Source: a virus
Direction: 5' to 3' (one strand)
Length of the DNA stretch: 64,000 nt
IMG/VR virus record: IMGVR_UViG_3300037470_000672
Location: 64,001-128,000 of that record
In this document: positions 25,215-35,563 of the stretch, in pieces
How positions within the stretch are numbered: the stretch's first letter is position 1
Layout of the letters: each line of letters opens with the position of its first letter
Made by a program: the position numbers and the translations under genes
Notes under the pieces: model-generated
Database searches by the model: none
What the model saw: only the letters and a program-made list of their open reading frames with translations
Told to the model about the DNA's origin: nothing

Positions 25215-28200
25215 TCAGCTCACCGTTCCGTCGCCTGAGCCCTCAAACACGATCTCGTTACCCGACGGCCCGAGGCCAGTGCTGTCGGCAAACAGCTCAC
25301 CAAACGCCGATCCGGAGACGTCTGCCGTGGGATGAGGAAGAGGTACGATCTTGGCCAACTTCAACGCCACGTCCAGGGGTACAAGGTCCACAGGGATACC
25401 AAGATCGAAGAGCCCTGTCAGGAACAAATAGAAGATGTTGGACGCCGCTACCCACTCCCCCAGCTCTAGCTGGAGGTTCAGGCTGATGTCGATCTCACGG
25501 GTGAAACGGGTCGCGAGCTGTACGTGGGCTGGGGTCACCTCCTCGAAGCGCCGGAAAACGCGCTGGAAGGCGTTCTCAATGGCGACCCCTACCTCTGCCG
25601 CGATGTCCCCCTCCGTGACGTTGGCGAACGCCACGTAGCTCGGGCAGTAGTCGCAGGTGTTCTCCGGCTCGCACTCGTACTTGAGCAAGCTGTCCCAGAA
25701 GCCGGGCGCTCCCCCTACCGTCTCGGAAGCAGATCCTGTGAGCACAGCGCTTACGGTTGCTTCCCCACCTCCTGTGTCGGTGATGGTTTCACCTTCCTCG
25801 AACGGCCCAGGACCGCCCGTGACCGTGTCGATGGTCAGGACCCCGGTGTCGTCGGGGTTCTCCACGATCTCAAGGATGACCCCTGTAGCCCCGGAAGTGC
25901 CGCCGGTGACAGTGTCGCCAACCGTGAAAGAGTTGACGAGCCCTTCGTAGGCCAGGTCATAGACGCCCTCCGGGGAGGAGAGCTTGGGCGCTGCGGCGAC
26001 CTTGGTCGTGAACCGGTAGCGCAGATTTCCATCAGCGCGGGCGGCACCAATGCTCGTTCCTGTATCTGGCTGACCGTCACCATTGGTGTCGAGGATGGAC
26101 CAGATCAGGACGTCGTCATCGAACGTTCCGCGCACATCCGCGAGGATAAGGGTACCTGTAAGACCGCTCTCTTCCACAGCCGTGATGAGCGCTTGGTCGA
26201 TGATGCGGATGTCTCCGTCCACATCTGCGGTATTCGCTCCGGAGGTGAGGGTCTCACCATCGATGAAGATTCCGTCTACCTGGACCAGCTTGAGGGTTCC
26301 GGTTGCACCTACGTTGTCGTCATCGGCGATGACTGCCGTAGCGCCAGAGGTACCTCCTGTTATGGTTTGGCTAGTGATAAAACCAGGCCCCGCAAAGGAG
26401 TCGTAGTCCAGCTCCTGTGGGCCGTAAAGCGTTTGACCGGCTAGAAATACCTGCGTCTGGGCGTCGTAATCGAGCCGCCCTTCGGGGACGGTGTCGACAA
26501 AAAACTGCTGCCCGGTGCGATCGACGAAGGTCCAGCGACCAATGTCAATCACGACATTCCCCGGGCCTTCAACCTCCACCGCAAAAATGTCCGGATCGGG
26601 GAACAGGGGCTCTACCAGGACTACTTTGACACCTACCTCAGCAAGGAAATCCGCTTCCCAACAAAAGCGATCGACTCCGAAGAACTTCACCTGCCCGCCC
26701 GACAGCTCGGCGTCTGCGGACCCTGTGACGGAGCCTGTGAGCAACTCGTTGTCGAGAAAGGTTCCTCGTACATCTGCCAGGCGCAGCTCCCCTGCGGGGC
26801 CGTCTTCGGTGAAGGAAACCAGTGCGGCTGTAGCTCCTGAAGTCCCGCCAGTGACCAGCTCGCCTACCGTGAAAGACGCTGTAAGCGCATCGTAGGGGAG
26901 AAAAGTCTCGGCGACGCGCTCTTCCAGCTCCTCTACCAGGATCTCATCGAACCTTGGGATGAGCGGAGGCAGGTCTGTGTAGAGCCGCAAGACCACCCAG
27001 GAGAGGCTTCCGTTGTTAGCCTCCGGCAACGTCGCGGTATCGGAAAGAGAAAACTCGACTGTGTTGGCGTCAAGGAACCGATCAATCGTGTAGAGCTTAT
27101 CGTTCGTCCCCAAGTCTGAATCGCGGATCCTGATCTGACGCGAAATGTCCGCCGCAGTGAACACAGCCGTCAAAGAGTTGAGGCGGATTCGTCCTGCGCC
27201 GAGGGTAAGGCTGCCGTCTGCGCCCGACCGACCTTCACCTGCCTCGCCAATCTCAATAACGTTGGCGGCTGGAACGGTATCGAGAAACCCAGGCCCAATG
27301 TGCCAAAGCTGGCTGACCTCTGCCTCGAAGCCGGAAATTTTCGCGAGAACCTCGTACGCCCGGGCCTGCCCCTTGATACTGATCCATTGGCCGATGTTAC
27401 GGACCCAGCTCCGCTGACGAGCCTCACTCTCTTGACGGTCCAGCTTTATGCCGAAGTCTTGTGCGAGTAGCTCTAAAAGACTCTGAGGTCCCGCCTCTAC
27501 CTGCGACAGGTCTCCAAGAACGGTAGCCGTCCGCAGCTCCCAAAAGAGGCTTCCGGTGTTCGTCTCGGGTACGGTAAAGGTCGCATCGAGCTGAAGACGA
27601 CGGGGGCTGAGTACACCTAGTACCCTCGTTGGGCCATCGTTTACCTGCCCATCTGAGCCACGTAGGAAGACCGTCTTGCCAACGTCTCCGGCGGAAAAAG
27701 CCCCGGAGGATGCACGGAAGATGTCCGTAGCGAGTGTACCATCAGGATCTAACTCCCCATCAAAACCGCTCTGCTCGACCACCCCTCGCGGCGTTCCAGA
27801 TGCTTGAAGCACCAGTTCAGGTCGCGGGCGGATAGCCCAAACGAGAGGACCGACGTCTGGATCGGGTACAGGGTCTAGCTCCAGAATAAGGGTGCCCGAA
27901 CCGTCATCTACGACAGCCTCTACAACATACGGAGCGTTGGTCTCTGGGGTGGTTGACCCCGAGATTGTGAGCACCTTCCCTACATCGAACTGGTCTACCC
28001 GCAGCGTGGGAGAAGTGAACCGCCCAAACGTATCGATGGAGCCGTTCTTTCCTTCCTGCTCGGTGAGCACCTTGCGCTCGTCGTTCGGATCTTGAAACTG
28101 TCGACGAGCCAACACCTTGAAGAAACCCAGACCGTCGGTCAGAACCCAACCGGGTGCGATCTCGGATACGTCTCCGGCTTGCACTTCGACTGCGATCTCG

Positions 28201-28748
28201 TTCGCCGGCCGGTCGACAGCAGCGCGCAGCTCCCAACGAAGGAGGTTGTCACCTGCATCGAACACCAAAGACGGGAGGGTTACGATCTCTTGTAGTCCAA
28301 TTACTTGAGAGATGACGACGGTACGGTTGTTTGCTGATACCCGGGAATTTTTTAGTGTCAGCTCTTTGCCGATATCTCGATCTCTGAACCGCCCCCTCTT
28401 GGAGAAGAAGTTACCCGTTCCGAGTACCTGCCCTTCGAGGCCCCTCTGTTCGATCTGTCCTTGGAGGAGGATTTGCGGCCCGAGGCGAAGCGTGGTGACA
28501 TCGTCGAATGCGCTGCGTACCCGCAGAGGGTCTCGCAAGTCGCCAAAGTCTGCGATGCGCCGCTTGAACCTGTCGAAGGACGGGCGCAAGCCTTTGGTCC
28601 AGGCTTCAAGCTGCCCGTTTCCTTGGTTCGGATCTGCGTCCTGTCCTTTATGCAGCTCGGGGAGCAGGTCGAAGAGCACGTACTTCGACCACGGCCATTC
28701 TCCAAAAGGCTCGTGTCCGAACGGTCCGTAACCCCAACCGAAGCTCAT
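25215..28748 (-). CDS. Large baseplate wedge protein (P2 gpI / T4 gp7-like) with repeats
   Basis: LLELLAQDFG...ISIKGQARAY gpI-like core; repeated VTGGTSGATA and F..GDVGK modules. Confidence 0.65.
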   Translation of the reverse strand: MSFGWGYGPFGHEPFGEWPWSKYVLFDLLPELHKGQDADPNQGNGQLEAWTKGLRPSFDRFKRRIADFGDLRDPLRVRSAFDDVTTLRLGPQILLQGQIEQRGLEGQVLGTGNFFSKRGRFRDRDIGKELTLKNSRVSANNRTVVISQVIGLQEIVTLPSLVFDAGDNLLRWELRAAVDRPANEIAVEVQAGDVSEIAPGWVLTDGLGFFKVLARRQFQDPNDERKVLTEQEGKNGSIDTFGRFTSPTLRVDQFDVGKVLTISGSTTPETNAPYVVEAVVDDGSGTLILELDPVPDPDVGPLVWAIRPRPELVLQASGTPRGVVEQSGFDGELDPDGTLATDIFRASSGAFSAGDVGKTVFLRGSDGQVNDGPTRVLGVLSPRRLQLDATFTVPETNTGSLFWELRTATVLGDLSQVEAGPQSLLELLAQDFGIKLDRQESEARQRSWVRNIGQWISIKGQARAYEVLAKISGFEAEVSQLWHIGPGFLDTVPAANVIEIGEAGEGRSGADGSLTLGAGRIRLNSLTAVFTAADISRQIRIRDSDLGTNDKLYTIDRFLDANTVEFSLSDTATLPEANNGSLSWVVLRLYTDLPPLIPRFDEILVEELEERVAETFLPYDALTASFTVGELVTGGTSGATAALVSFTEDGPAGELRLADVRGTFLDNELLTGSVTGSADAELSGGQVKFFGVDRFCWEADFLAEVGVKVVLVEPLFPDPDIFAVEVEGPGNVVIDIGRWTFVDRTGQQFFVDTVPEGRLDYDAQTQVFLAGQTLYGPQELDYDSFAGPGFITSQTITGGTSGATAVIADDDNVGATGTLKLVQVDGIFIDGETLTSGANTADVDGDIRIIDQALITAVEESGLTGTLILADVRGTFDDDVLIWSILDTNGDGQPDTGTSIGAARADGNLRYRFTTKVAAAPKLSSPEGVYDLAYEGLVNSFTVGDTVTGGTSGATGVILEIVENPDDTGVLTIDTVTGGPGPFEEGETITDTGGGEATVSAVLTGSASETVGGAPGFWDSLLKYECEPENTCDYCPSYVAFANVTEGDIAAEVGVAIENAFQRVFRRFEEVTPAHVQLATRFTREIDISLNLQLELGEWVAASNIFYLFLTGLFDLGIPVDLVPLDVALKLAKIVPLPHPTADVSGSAFGELFADSTGLGPSGNEIVFEGSGDGTVS

Positions 28749-28763
28749 GTACCTCCCACCAAT

Positions 28764-28779
28764 CCGCCCGTACGGGCGG
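28764..28779. repeat. Palindrome family copy 2
   Basis: CCGCCCGTACGGGCGG between TAA (28781) and GGGAGG RBS of the wedge gene. Confidence 0.9.
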
Positions 28780-28780
28780 T

Positions 28781-29602
28781 TTAGTCGATCTTGAATCCAG
28801 CCCAGGACGTCACGATGCGATCGTTGGGGGGCGTCCCTCCTGTTACTCGGTGACGCACCTCGTACAGGCGCGGGCCAGCCGGCAGGGACAGAACAGCCGA
28901 CACGGTAGAGGCGGGTGTCAGCGTCCCTGGATAGGTGTGGGTGATGACAGCCCCCGCATCGGTCAGGTTGAAGAGCTGAATTTCCCCGGTGAGCGCGCCG
29001 TCGGTCACGTTGGCTACGGTGGAAAACTGGACCGAGTCGTGTTCGGTCGCGTCCAGCTCAAAGGAGCCGATGACCTGGAAGGTGGCCTGATCTGTAGATT
29101 CATTCGTCGCAAGAGGAAGATTGTCGAAGTCCCCGGCGCCGCTGGGGTTTTCGATGACATTGGCCGGAACCCCATCGTCGAGCACGGCGCCGTTACGGAA
29201 GTAGACCTTGTCACCCTTGCGAAATGCCAGCGCGATGTGAGCGTCGCTGGACGGTACCTGGGAGGCTGCCGCGACAGGGACGTTGACGTTGTTGGTGGGT
29301 CGGCGGACAAGCTCGGCGTATAGGGTCTCCCCGTCTTCCAGATCGATAGGACTGGTAGGAGGTTGGATGCGCCAGAGGAAGCCAGAGATGGCGGCCAGCA
29401 TCTCCCAGACATCCTCCCACTCGATCGTGTTGGCGATGGCGCTGAAGGTAAACGTACCACCACCGCGCATGATGAGATGACGGTCTTCCCGGGCCGCAAA
29501 GGCGGAGTTTTCCTGGGCCGTGACGAGTTGGTTGAAGTCTCGGATCCACGGATCACGAAACTCCGAAACCAGCGGCCAACCCATGCGCGGCGTGTTCGCC
29601 AT
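28781..29602 (-). CDS. Putative tail/baseplate protein
   Basis: 273 aa, AGGAGG RBS; C-terminal beta-sandwich. Confidence 0.6.
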   Translation of the reverse strand: MANTPRMGWPLVSEFRDPWIRDFNQLVTAQENSAFAAREDRHLIMRGGGTFTFSAIANTIEWEDVWEMLAAISGFLWRIQPPTSPIDLEDGETLYAELVRRPTNNVNVPVAAASQVPSSDAHIALAFRKGDKVYFRNGAVLDDGVPANVIENPSGAGDFDNLPLATNESTDQATFQVIGSFELDATEHDSVQFSTVANVTDGALTGEIQLFNLTDAGAVITHTYPGTLTPASTVSAVLSLPAGPRLYEVRHRVTGGTPPNDRIVTSWAGFKID

Positions 29603-29630
29603 GCTTCAAACCTCCTGACGGATAAGGTCG

Positions 29631-30431
29631 TCAGTCGCCCGGTCGTGTAACGTGCAGCCCGTAGGGCCGGCCGGTCAGAACCCTCAATGCGCTGACGGTA
29701 CCAGGCCCAGCAACTCCATCTACAACCAACTTCGCATCGAACATCTCGTTCAGGTGGTGCTGCCGCAGCTTCCACGCGCTGAGGTCTTCCTCCGCATCGT
29801 AGTCCCACGGTTCGTAGCCGCCTTCAACGAGCCGCTCAAAGACAGCGTCGCCAGGGTCTCCCCGACTCCTGGTGGATGTGACATCCCGGTGCCCATAGAT
29901 GCCTACACAGTCATCACCACCGTTGCGAAGCCGTTGGATTGGACCGACGAAAGGAAAGTGCACTTGACGCTGAATCCCGAAGACCCGCGTGAGGTAGTCA
30001 CACATCAGGACAACTGATTGAAGCTGCTGGTCGAAGAGGACGCCGTCTTCTCCGTCTTGATAGATTTCGATGCCGATAGTGTTGTCGTTGACCGCTCCAG
30101 CATGGAACGTGGTCGCGGTGGCGAGGTCAGCCATGTTTGCCCACGACCCATCCAGATCACACATCAAGTGACACCCGGCGCGCCGGCCGTCTTTGCTCCA
30201 CCACTTACCGATACGCTGTGCTGCGCGGGTGTGCGGACCTTGTCCGGGTTCGATCTGTTTGACGTCTGGCTTCCCCAACGTGGTGTGGAGCACGATCGCT
30301 CGGACCCACTTGGTGCGACGGGCTCGGTAGTCCTCAACGGCCTTGAGCGCATAGCTCGGCACTTCTTTCCAGTGCCGACAAACCAGCCCGGGGATTTCCT
30401 TCTCGATACCATCGACGACTACTCCAGGCAC
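29631..30431 (-). CDS. N-acetylmuramoyl-L-alanine amidase endolysin with PG-binding motif (start revised)
   Basis: IVLHTT, FHAG, TIGIEI, YGHRD, DPG; C-terminal LVVDGVAGPGT; GGAGG before GTG 30431. Confidence 0.85.
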   Translation of the reverse strand: MPGVVVDGIEKEIPGLVCRHWKEVPSYALKAVEDYRARRTKWVRAIVLHTTLGKPDVKQIEPGQGPHTRAAQRIGKWWSKDGRRAGCHLMCDLDGSWANMADLATATTFHAGAVNDNTIGIEIYQDGEDGVLFDQQLQSVVLMCDYLTRVFGIQRQVHFPFVGPIQRLRNGGDDCVGIYGHRDVTSTRSRGDPGDAVFERLVEGGYEPWDYDAEEDLSAWKLRQHHLNEMFDAKLVVDGVAGPGTVSALRVLTGRPYGLHVTRPGD

Positions 30432-30441
30432 GGAACCTCCG

Positions 30442-30831
30442 TTACAACCGAGGAATACAAGTAGACTTGGAGAGGGTAAGCTGAGCACGCTTGATGAGCG
30501 GAAAAGGCTGGTCTACCGGAAAGATCAACCACACGTCGAATATGTAGTTTCCCGGATCTAAACCTACAGTGTCTGCCTGTTTGAAGAACACATAGGCTAG
30601 ACCGTCCTCCACCACTAGTATCTGTGTAGGGTCATCGGTCGAAAGAAAGAGAGTCGGAAACTCATCGTCACTACATCTCTTTGCGCACAAGAGTATCTTG
30701 GTATTGGCCAGCGGTACCGGTGTCTCGCATGCGTCTTCTATCCGCAACTTGAGCGTAGCAGCCTGACCGATACAAAGCAGCAGGGCACCTGATGGCGCTA
30801 AGAGCGTAGAGGTGGGAGAAACGCACGCCAC
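30442..30831 (-). CDS. BppU-N/Ig-like small structural protein (start revised)
   Basis: ATLKLRIED...DGLAYVFFKQADT..L.PGNYIFDVWL. Confidence 0.55.
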   Translation of the reverse strand: MACVSPTSTLLAPSGALLLCIGQAATLKLRIEDACETPVPLANTKILLCAKRCSDDEFPTLFLSTDDPTQILVVEDGLAYVFFKQADTVGLDPGNYIFDVWLIFPVDQPFPLIKRAQLTLSKSTCIPRL

Positions 30832-30833
30832 GC

Positions 30834-31586
30834 TTAAACCTCCGACACCTGGACAGTAACCTGTCCAAGGTCGTCTGTGTCTCCCATCCAAAGCTGGTAT
30901 GTAACGGGTACCCCGTTCGGCGTGCCAGGTGTAACCGCAATAGCGTCGTTGATGAGAATCGCTCCTACAAGGGGCTGGTTCACAACCTCGAACTTCGGCG
31001 GACCGAGTAAGAGGGGCGCCGCCCAAAAGAACCGCTCCCCCACACCTATACTGACGGCGAAAATGGTCTCTACCGTGCCTTGAATTGCGGAAATAACCAA
31101 CGCCTCGACGAACGCCTCATCCCCCCCTCCAACCAGTAGTGGCGCAGATACCCCAGCGTACACCCGCGGCCAGAACGGAACCGAGAAGGTCGCCTGCACC
31201 GGCCCTTTGTCCTCTGCCTTGGCTGTAAGAACAAAGCCCACTTCTTCCAGCGGTAGGGTCTTTGAGAAGGTCTCGTCTGACTGGAAAGCCGTTGGGGCGG
31301 CGATGACAGACTTTGACGGAGAGCCTTCTGCGTCGGTCAGGACCGCGGAGGTAGGGGTGAGCGAGTACGCTGCTGTGAAAGCAGGAGTGATCAGCTCGGC
31401 GCCGATCTCTTGCGGAGCGGGACCGTCGAACGTGGTGATGAGAAAGGGCGCGTCTTCGATGAGCGCTGTACCAGCGGCGCTGAGCATCCCCACGAGTTCA
31501 GTGAAAACCTCCACCTTCCGCCGAGCTGGGGGCACCCGATGGAAGAGAAGCTGGGCGCGGGGGTTCTTGGTGACGATCGCTGTCAT
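30834..31586 (-). CDS. Hypothetical structural protein
   Basis: 250 aa, beta-rich. Confidence 0.6.
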   Translation of the reverse strand: MTAIVTKNPRAQLLFHRVPPARRKVEVFTELVGMLSAAGTALIEDAPFLITTFDGPAPQEIGAELITPAFTAAYSLTPTSAVLTDAEGSPSKSVIAAPTAFQSDETFSKTLPLEEVGFVLTAKAEDKGPVQATFSVPFWPRVYAGVSAPLLVGGGDEAFVEALVISAIQGTVETIFAVSIGVGERFFWAAPLLLGPPKFEVVNQPLVGAILINDAIAVTPGTPNGVPVTYQLWMGDTDDLGQVTVQVSEV

Positions 31587-31593
31587 GTACGGC

Positions 31594-32190
31594 TCACGCT
31601 ACCGTGGAAACAGAGTGCACAGAGGAGACCGTACCAAACGCATCGGTAACGATCACCAAGGCGTTGTAGGGGCGGTTGTCGGACAAGAGCACCCCCGCCT
31701 GCTCGATGTTGAACACTCCGTTGGATGCCTGCGGAGCTGCGCTGGCCAAACTGGCGATGATGGCCTCGTCTTTGTCTCGGAGTGCCACCGTACAAGAGGT
31801 AGGAGATAGCACCACCTGCCCCTCTCGTTCCAACCACACTTCCACAAAAAGTTGCTCTCCTGCTTCATCATAGGCAAAGTTGACATGGGCTACAGATGGT
31901 GGAGTAACTACTCGCAAAGTCTCATGGAGTACAGGCTCTCCGCCCGCTACGACGGTGTGCCCAGCATCCGTATAGAAGGTTGTAATAATCGAGTAGTACC
32001 CAGAGACCAACGGAGCGACAAAGGTCCCAAGGTAACCCCCGTCCCCTAGGTCTACAGAAAGATCAACTGGACTCACACCGATAGGTACACCCGATGCGTC
32101 CCTCACTGCGGAACGAGGGAACAACCCAACAGACCCGCCCGGACTGACCACTCCAACCAGAACGATTGAGCCTACTTTTGTCTCGATCAT
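31594..32190 (-). CDS. Hypothetical structural protein (Ig-like)
   Basis: 198 aa; DLGDGGYLGTF, GYYSI. Confidence 0.6.
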   Translation of the reverse strand: MIETKVGSIVLVGVVSPGGSVGLFPRSAVRDASGVPIGVSPVDLSVDLGDGGYLGTFVAPLVSGYYSIITTFYTDAGHTVVAGGEPVLHETLRVVTPPSVAHVNFAYDEAGEQLFVEVWLEREGQVVLSPTSCTVALRDKDEAIIASLASAAPQASNGVFNIEQAGVLLSDNRPYNALVIVTDAFGTVSSVHSVSTVA

Positions 32191-32206
32191 GCGGTCAACC
32201 TTACCC

Positions 32207-34402
32207 CTACACCAAAGAAAGCATTTTCCTACCCTGCCGATAGATGTCGAATATCTGGCTCGTCGTCAATAGCACGCCGGGCCAGAACGCGACCTCGTCC
32301 ATCAAGCCGGACCACCACCTAGCTACCGTCCCTGGTAACCCATCGGCGTCGACGCCGATGGTTGACGCGACACCGCTGGTGAAATCTGCGCCAATGAGGG
32401 CCGGGTCAGAAGCTGCGTGACGACTGACGCCGTCCACGTACAGCTTGGCTGTACCAGTCGCATTCTCCCACGTGACAGCGATGTGGGTCCACACGTTCCC
32501 GGTCACAGGTATCGATACTGGTGAACCAGCTTGAACCACGTTACCTGCACCGTCATCGAGGAAAAAGTTGACGTTTTCTGCGGCCTCAAGGCGCAGAAAC
32601 CACCCAGGGAACGACCCAGGCAGTCCAGGCCCGCGATTCTGGATAATCTGTTTCGCGGACGCATCGTTTCCGATGTCCCATAAGACCCAGGCTGCGACTG
32701 AAAAGTCCTGGGCATTTATATCTAAACTTCCATCGGGAAGACGGAGATACCCAGTCGTTCCGTCAAAGTCGTACGCTTCTTTCACCTGCCCGACGACACC
32801 TGTCGTAATCCCCCCAACGATTGTGGCGTCAAATCCGCCAGTAACGCCGCCATCGGTAAGTACACCTCCTCCCGTGTCGACATCGTCCATGCGCCAGAGA
32901 TGCAACGGAGCAGGAAATCCTTCGGCGGCTGGACTGACCAGCGACCGTGACCGCGTGCCCTCACGGTAGACATCGAACATTTCTCCAGCCGTCAGCAATG
33001 CGCTTGGGTAAACCACCACCTCGTCGAGTAATCCAGACCACCACTGAGACAGGGCGCCGGGCAGACCGTCAGCGGCTACACCGATTGTCGATGCGCGTCC
33101 ACTGGTCAAGTTGGCGCCGATCAGTGCCGCGTTGGTAGCCGTACCAGCTTGCTTACCGTTGACGTATACCTTCGCTGTACCGGTCGCATTCTCCCACGTG
33201 ACGCCGATATGGGTCCACACGTTCTGTACGACAGCCGCGACGAGCATGATATCGATGAAGTTTCCAGCACCGTCGTCTACATGCAGAGATGGAACTTCCG
33301 AGTCGAGAATCATGAGATTCCAGCCGGGAACGGTTCCCAAAAAACCGGTGCCTCGGTTCTGTATGATTCGCTTGGAGGCTCCACCAGCCCCGCCGTCCCA
33401 GTTCACCCAAGCCGCGACTGAGAAGTCCTGAGCGTTGACGTCCAGGCTACCATCAGGCAGCCGCAGATACCCGGTAGAACCATCGAAGTCATAGCCCTCG
33501 TTGGCGACGCCGATGTCGCCTGTCTCTACCCCTCCAACGATTGTAGCGTCGGAACCGCCAACGCTCCCAATATCGGTAAGGACTCCGCCGGCAGTGTCTG
33601 CGTCGTTCATGGACCACAGATGCGGAGGGGCTGGAAACGAGGGGTACGCGCCCGTATCGTCTACCTGGGCCTGGTACCTATAGATCGGTACTTCGACCAA
33701 GGCAAAACTGGCATTGACGTTACCGAATTCCGAAAATCGGTATCCTGTAAACCCGTTACTATCCCACGGTTGGTAGTGCGAGGCCGTGTTGGACACCAAC
33801 TCCGTGTGCAGCAGGTTCCATGCACCGCCTCCGACGGTGTCTTCTTGGTAGACATCAATACGGTCCTGAAACGACTCGTCAGTAACCACCAAGCGGAAGC
33901 TGACGACTAGATCGTGCCCTATTGTCGCCCCCGGGACGTTCACGATCGACGTGCCAGACCCGCGAAGGATCAAACGTAAGTCGTATAGACCCGCGGTGTC
34001 TCGCCTGTAAACTAGGCTGTAGCCTTGTGGTGGCACGCCTACAGGGGTTATGGCACTGCGTGCCATCTTAGACGCCAACTCCGAATGGATAGATATCTGA
34101 TCCGATCCAGCCGTCTTAATCATCTTCATGACATACCGGATATCGACTCTGGATCCGAACGGCGGGAATACGAATTTCGCGTCCTGAACCGTGGGTTCTA
34201 GGACTGTTTGAATCATCTCGTCACAGAAAAAGTGCGCCGGCAGCGCGTACATTCTTCCGTACTCGCCTACGTGAAAGCCGATGGCTAGCTCATCGTTGCG
34301 TCGGGCGACAGCCTGCCCTCGCAGACCTAGAAACTGGTTGGTTACGTCGCCACCGCCAGAGCAGCTAAATGCGTTTGAGATGAACCAGTCTTGATTTGCC
34401 AC
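32207..34402 (-). CDS. Fibre protein with two tandem LamG/concanavalin-A-like domains
   Basis: Two ~230-aa repeats HLW.M.D...FDG.TGYL...FSVAAWV...WTHI.VTW...LYV.G...WWSGL.DEV. Confidence 0.8.
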   Translation of the reverse strand: MANQDWFISNAFSCSGGGDVTNQFLGLRGQAVARRNDELAIGFHVGEYGRMYALPAHFFCDEMIQTVLEPTVQDAKFVFPPFGSRVDIRYVMKMIKTAGSDQISIHSELASKMARSAITPVGVPPQGYSLVYRRDTAGLYDLRLILRGSGTSIVNVPGATIGHDLVVSFRLVVTDESFQDRIDVYQEDTVGGGAWNLLHTELVSNTASHYQPWDSNGFTGYRFSEFGNVNASFALVEVPIYRYQAQVDDTGAYPSFPAPPHLWSMNDADTAGGVLTDIGSVGGSDATIVGGVETGDIGVANEGYDFDGSTGYLRLPDGSLDVNAQDFSVAAWVNWDGGAGGASKRIIQNRGTGFLGTVPGWNLMILDSEVPSLHVDDGAGNFIDIMLVAAVVQNVWTHIGVTWENATGTAKVYVNGKQAGTATNAALIGANLTSGRASTIGVAADGLPGALSQWWSGLLDEVVVYPSALLTAGEMFDVYREGTRSRSLVSPAAEGFPAPLHLWRMDDVDTGGGVLTDGGVTGGFDATIVGGITTGVVGQVKEAYDFDGTTGYLRLPDGSLDINAQDFSVAAWVLWDIGNDASAKQIIQNRGPGLPGSFPGWFLRLEAAENVNFFLDDGAGNVVQAGSPVSIPVTGNVWTHIAVTWENATGTAKLYVDGVSRHAASDPALIGADFTSGVASTIGVDADGLPGTVARWWSGLMDEVAFWPGVLLTTSQIFDIYRQGRKMLSLV

Positions 34403-35559
34403 TACACCACCAAACCGCCGTCGAGCGTCGTGTTCGCCAGGAAGGCTAGTTCGCCCTGCGTGAGGGCCGTGCCCCTGTACACGATTAGGTCATCTATGCG
34501 CCCGTTGTTTAGCGTTTGATCCCAGTCGTTAGGATCTGGATTGCCTGTGGCCCTGCTACCCGCGATTGTCGCGTTTGCGTTGGCGAAACTAGCGCCGATG
34601 AGATTCGTGTCGACGACTTCATTCCGAATCTGTGGCCCGTCAGCTCTAAACGAGCTGCTGTAGAATCTGGCTCTACCGAGAGCGGTTTCCCAGGTAAGGG
34701 CGATGAAGAAGAACGCTGCCGCTTTTACCAAGAGGGCAGCGCCCACGCCTACGTAAGCGGGATGCCAGATTGCATCAAACACGATCACGTTCGCGCCAGA
34801 CTCAAGCCTGATTTCATAGCCGGCTGTGCTGTCTATGGCCCAACCCGTACCGCCAGCGGCTGTGGTGTTGCCGATGATGCGCCCACGATTGACGGAGCCG
34901 GATTCTATCTGGACCCAGCCGGCGACGGTGAAATCTTCGTTGTCGAAGTCACAGGATGCGCCTACAGACAGCGACGGCCCCAAGCCATCACCACCCGGCG
35001 ACGTGGGTATGAACAGTGCGCCGTCAACTGATCGGATTAAGCCTGTCGTAATGACAGATGCCCCGTCTTGTAGGCCGCCGTCTATTCCGCCGGAACCTCG
35101 ATCTGCGACAACCGCGCCGCTGACGTCTGCCGTAGCGAACGCCCAGTAGTGTGTGGGAACGCCCGGGTCTTGGACATCCGTCCCGAGGCCCTGCCCCCAC
35201 AGGCCGTCTTGCTCGAAGTCTTCTACATAGGCGGCTATGGGTTCAACGAATACTGCTAGGGCCACAAAATCAGTTAATTCCGACGCCGGTACGGGAGCTT
35301 GTACTCCTATCGGGTCTGGCGCGTTTTCCGTAATCCAGTACACGTGCCTTTGAGGCAAGGTGAACTTGAACGCGCGGTTGATGAAGTTTTCTACCCCACC
35401 TCCATAGGTGCCCAGATCGATTATGTCAGCCAGCTCCCCTGCTGGCACAGGCGCCTGCGCGCCTGCGGAGTCTGGGGTGTTGATGGACGGCCAGTACACG
35501 AACCTAATAGGGTCCGTGACCTTGAGTGCTCGCATCAGGAAGGTCAGGTCTACTGCCAC
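34402..35559 (-). CDS. LamG-domain protein
   Basis: DFTVAGWVQ...FFFIALTW...NGRIDDLIVY; duplicated N-terminal QAPVPA.EL.D motif. Confidence 0.75.
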   Translation of the reverse strand: MAVDLTFLMRALKVTDPIRFVYWPSINTPDSAGAQAPVPAGELADIIDLGTYGGGVENFINRAFKFTLPQRHVYWITENAPDPIGVQAPVPASELTDFVALAVFVEPIAAYVEDFEQDGLWGQGLGTDVQDPGVPTHYWAFATADVSGAVVADRGSGGIDGGLQDGASVITTGLIRSVDGALFIPTSPGGDGLGPSLSVGASCDFDNEDFTVAGWVQIESGSVNRGRIIGNTTAAGGTGWAIDSTAGYEIRLESGANVIVFDAIWHPAYVGVGAALLVKAAAFFFIALTWETALGRARFYSSSFRADGPQIRNEVVDTNLIGASFANANATIAGSRATGNPDPNDWDQTLNNGRIDDLIVYRGTALTQGELAFLANTTLDGGLVV

Positions 35560-35563
35560 AGCG

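Noticed and set aside
28084-28104. Opposite-strand resemblance to the hairpin repeat (TCGGATCTTGAAACTGTCGA)
   Set aside because: Gapped, lacks the right stem arm, inside CDS; likely chance
32207-34402. Diversity-generating retroelement TR/VR pair in the duplicated LamG domains
   Set aside because: Differences are widespread and not adenine-specific; both copies are in-frame domains; no reverse transcriptase in window
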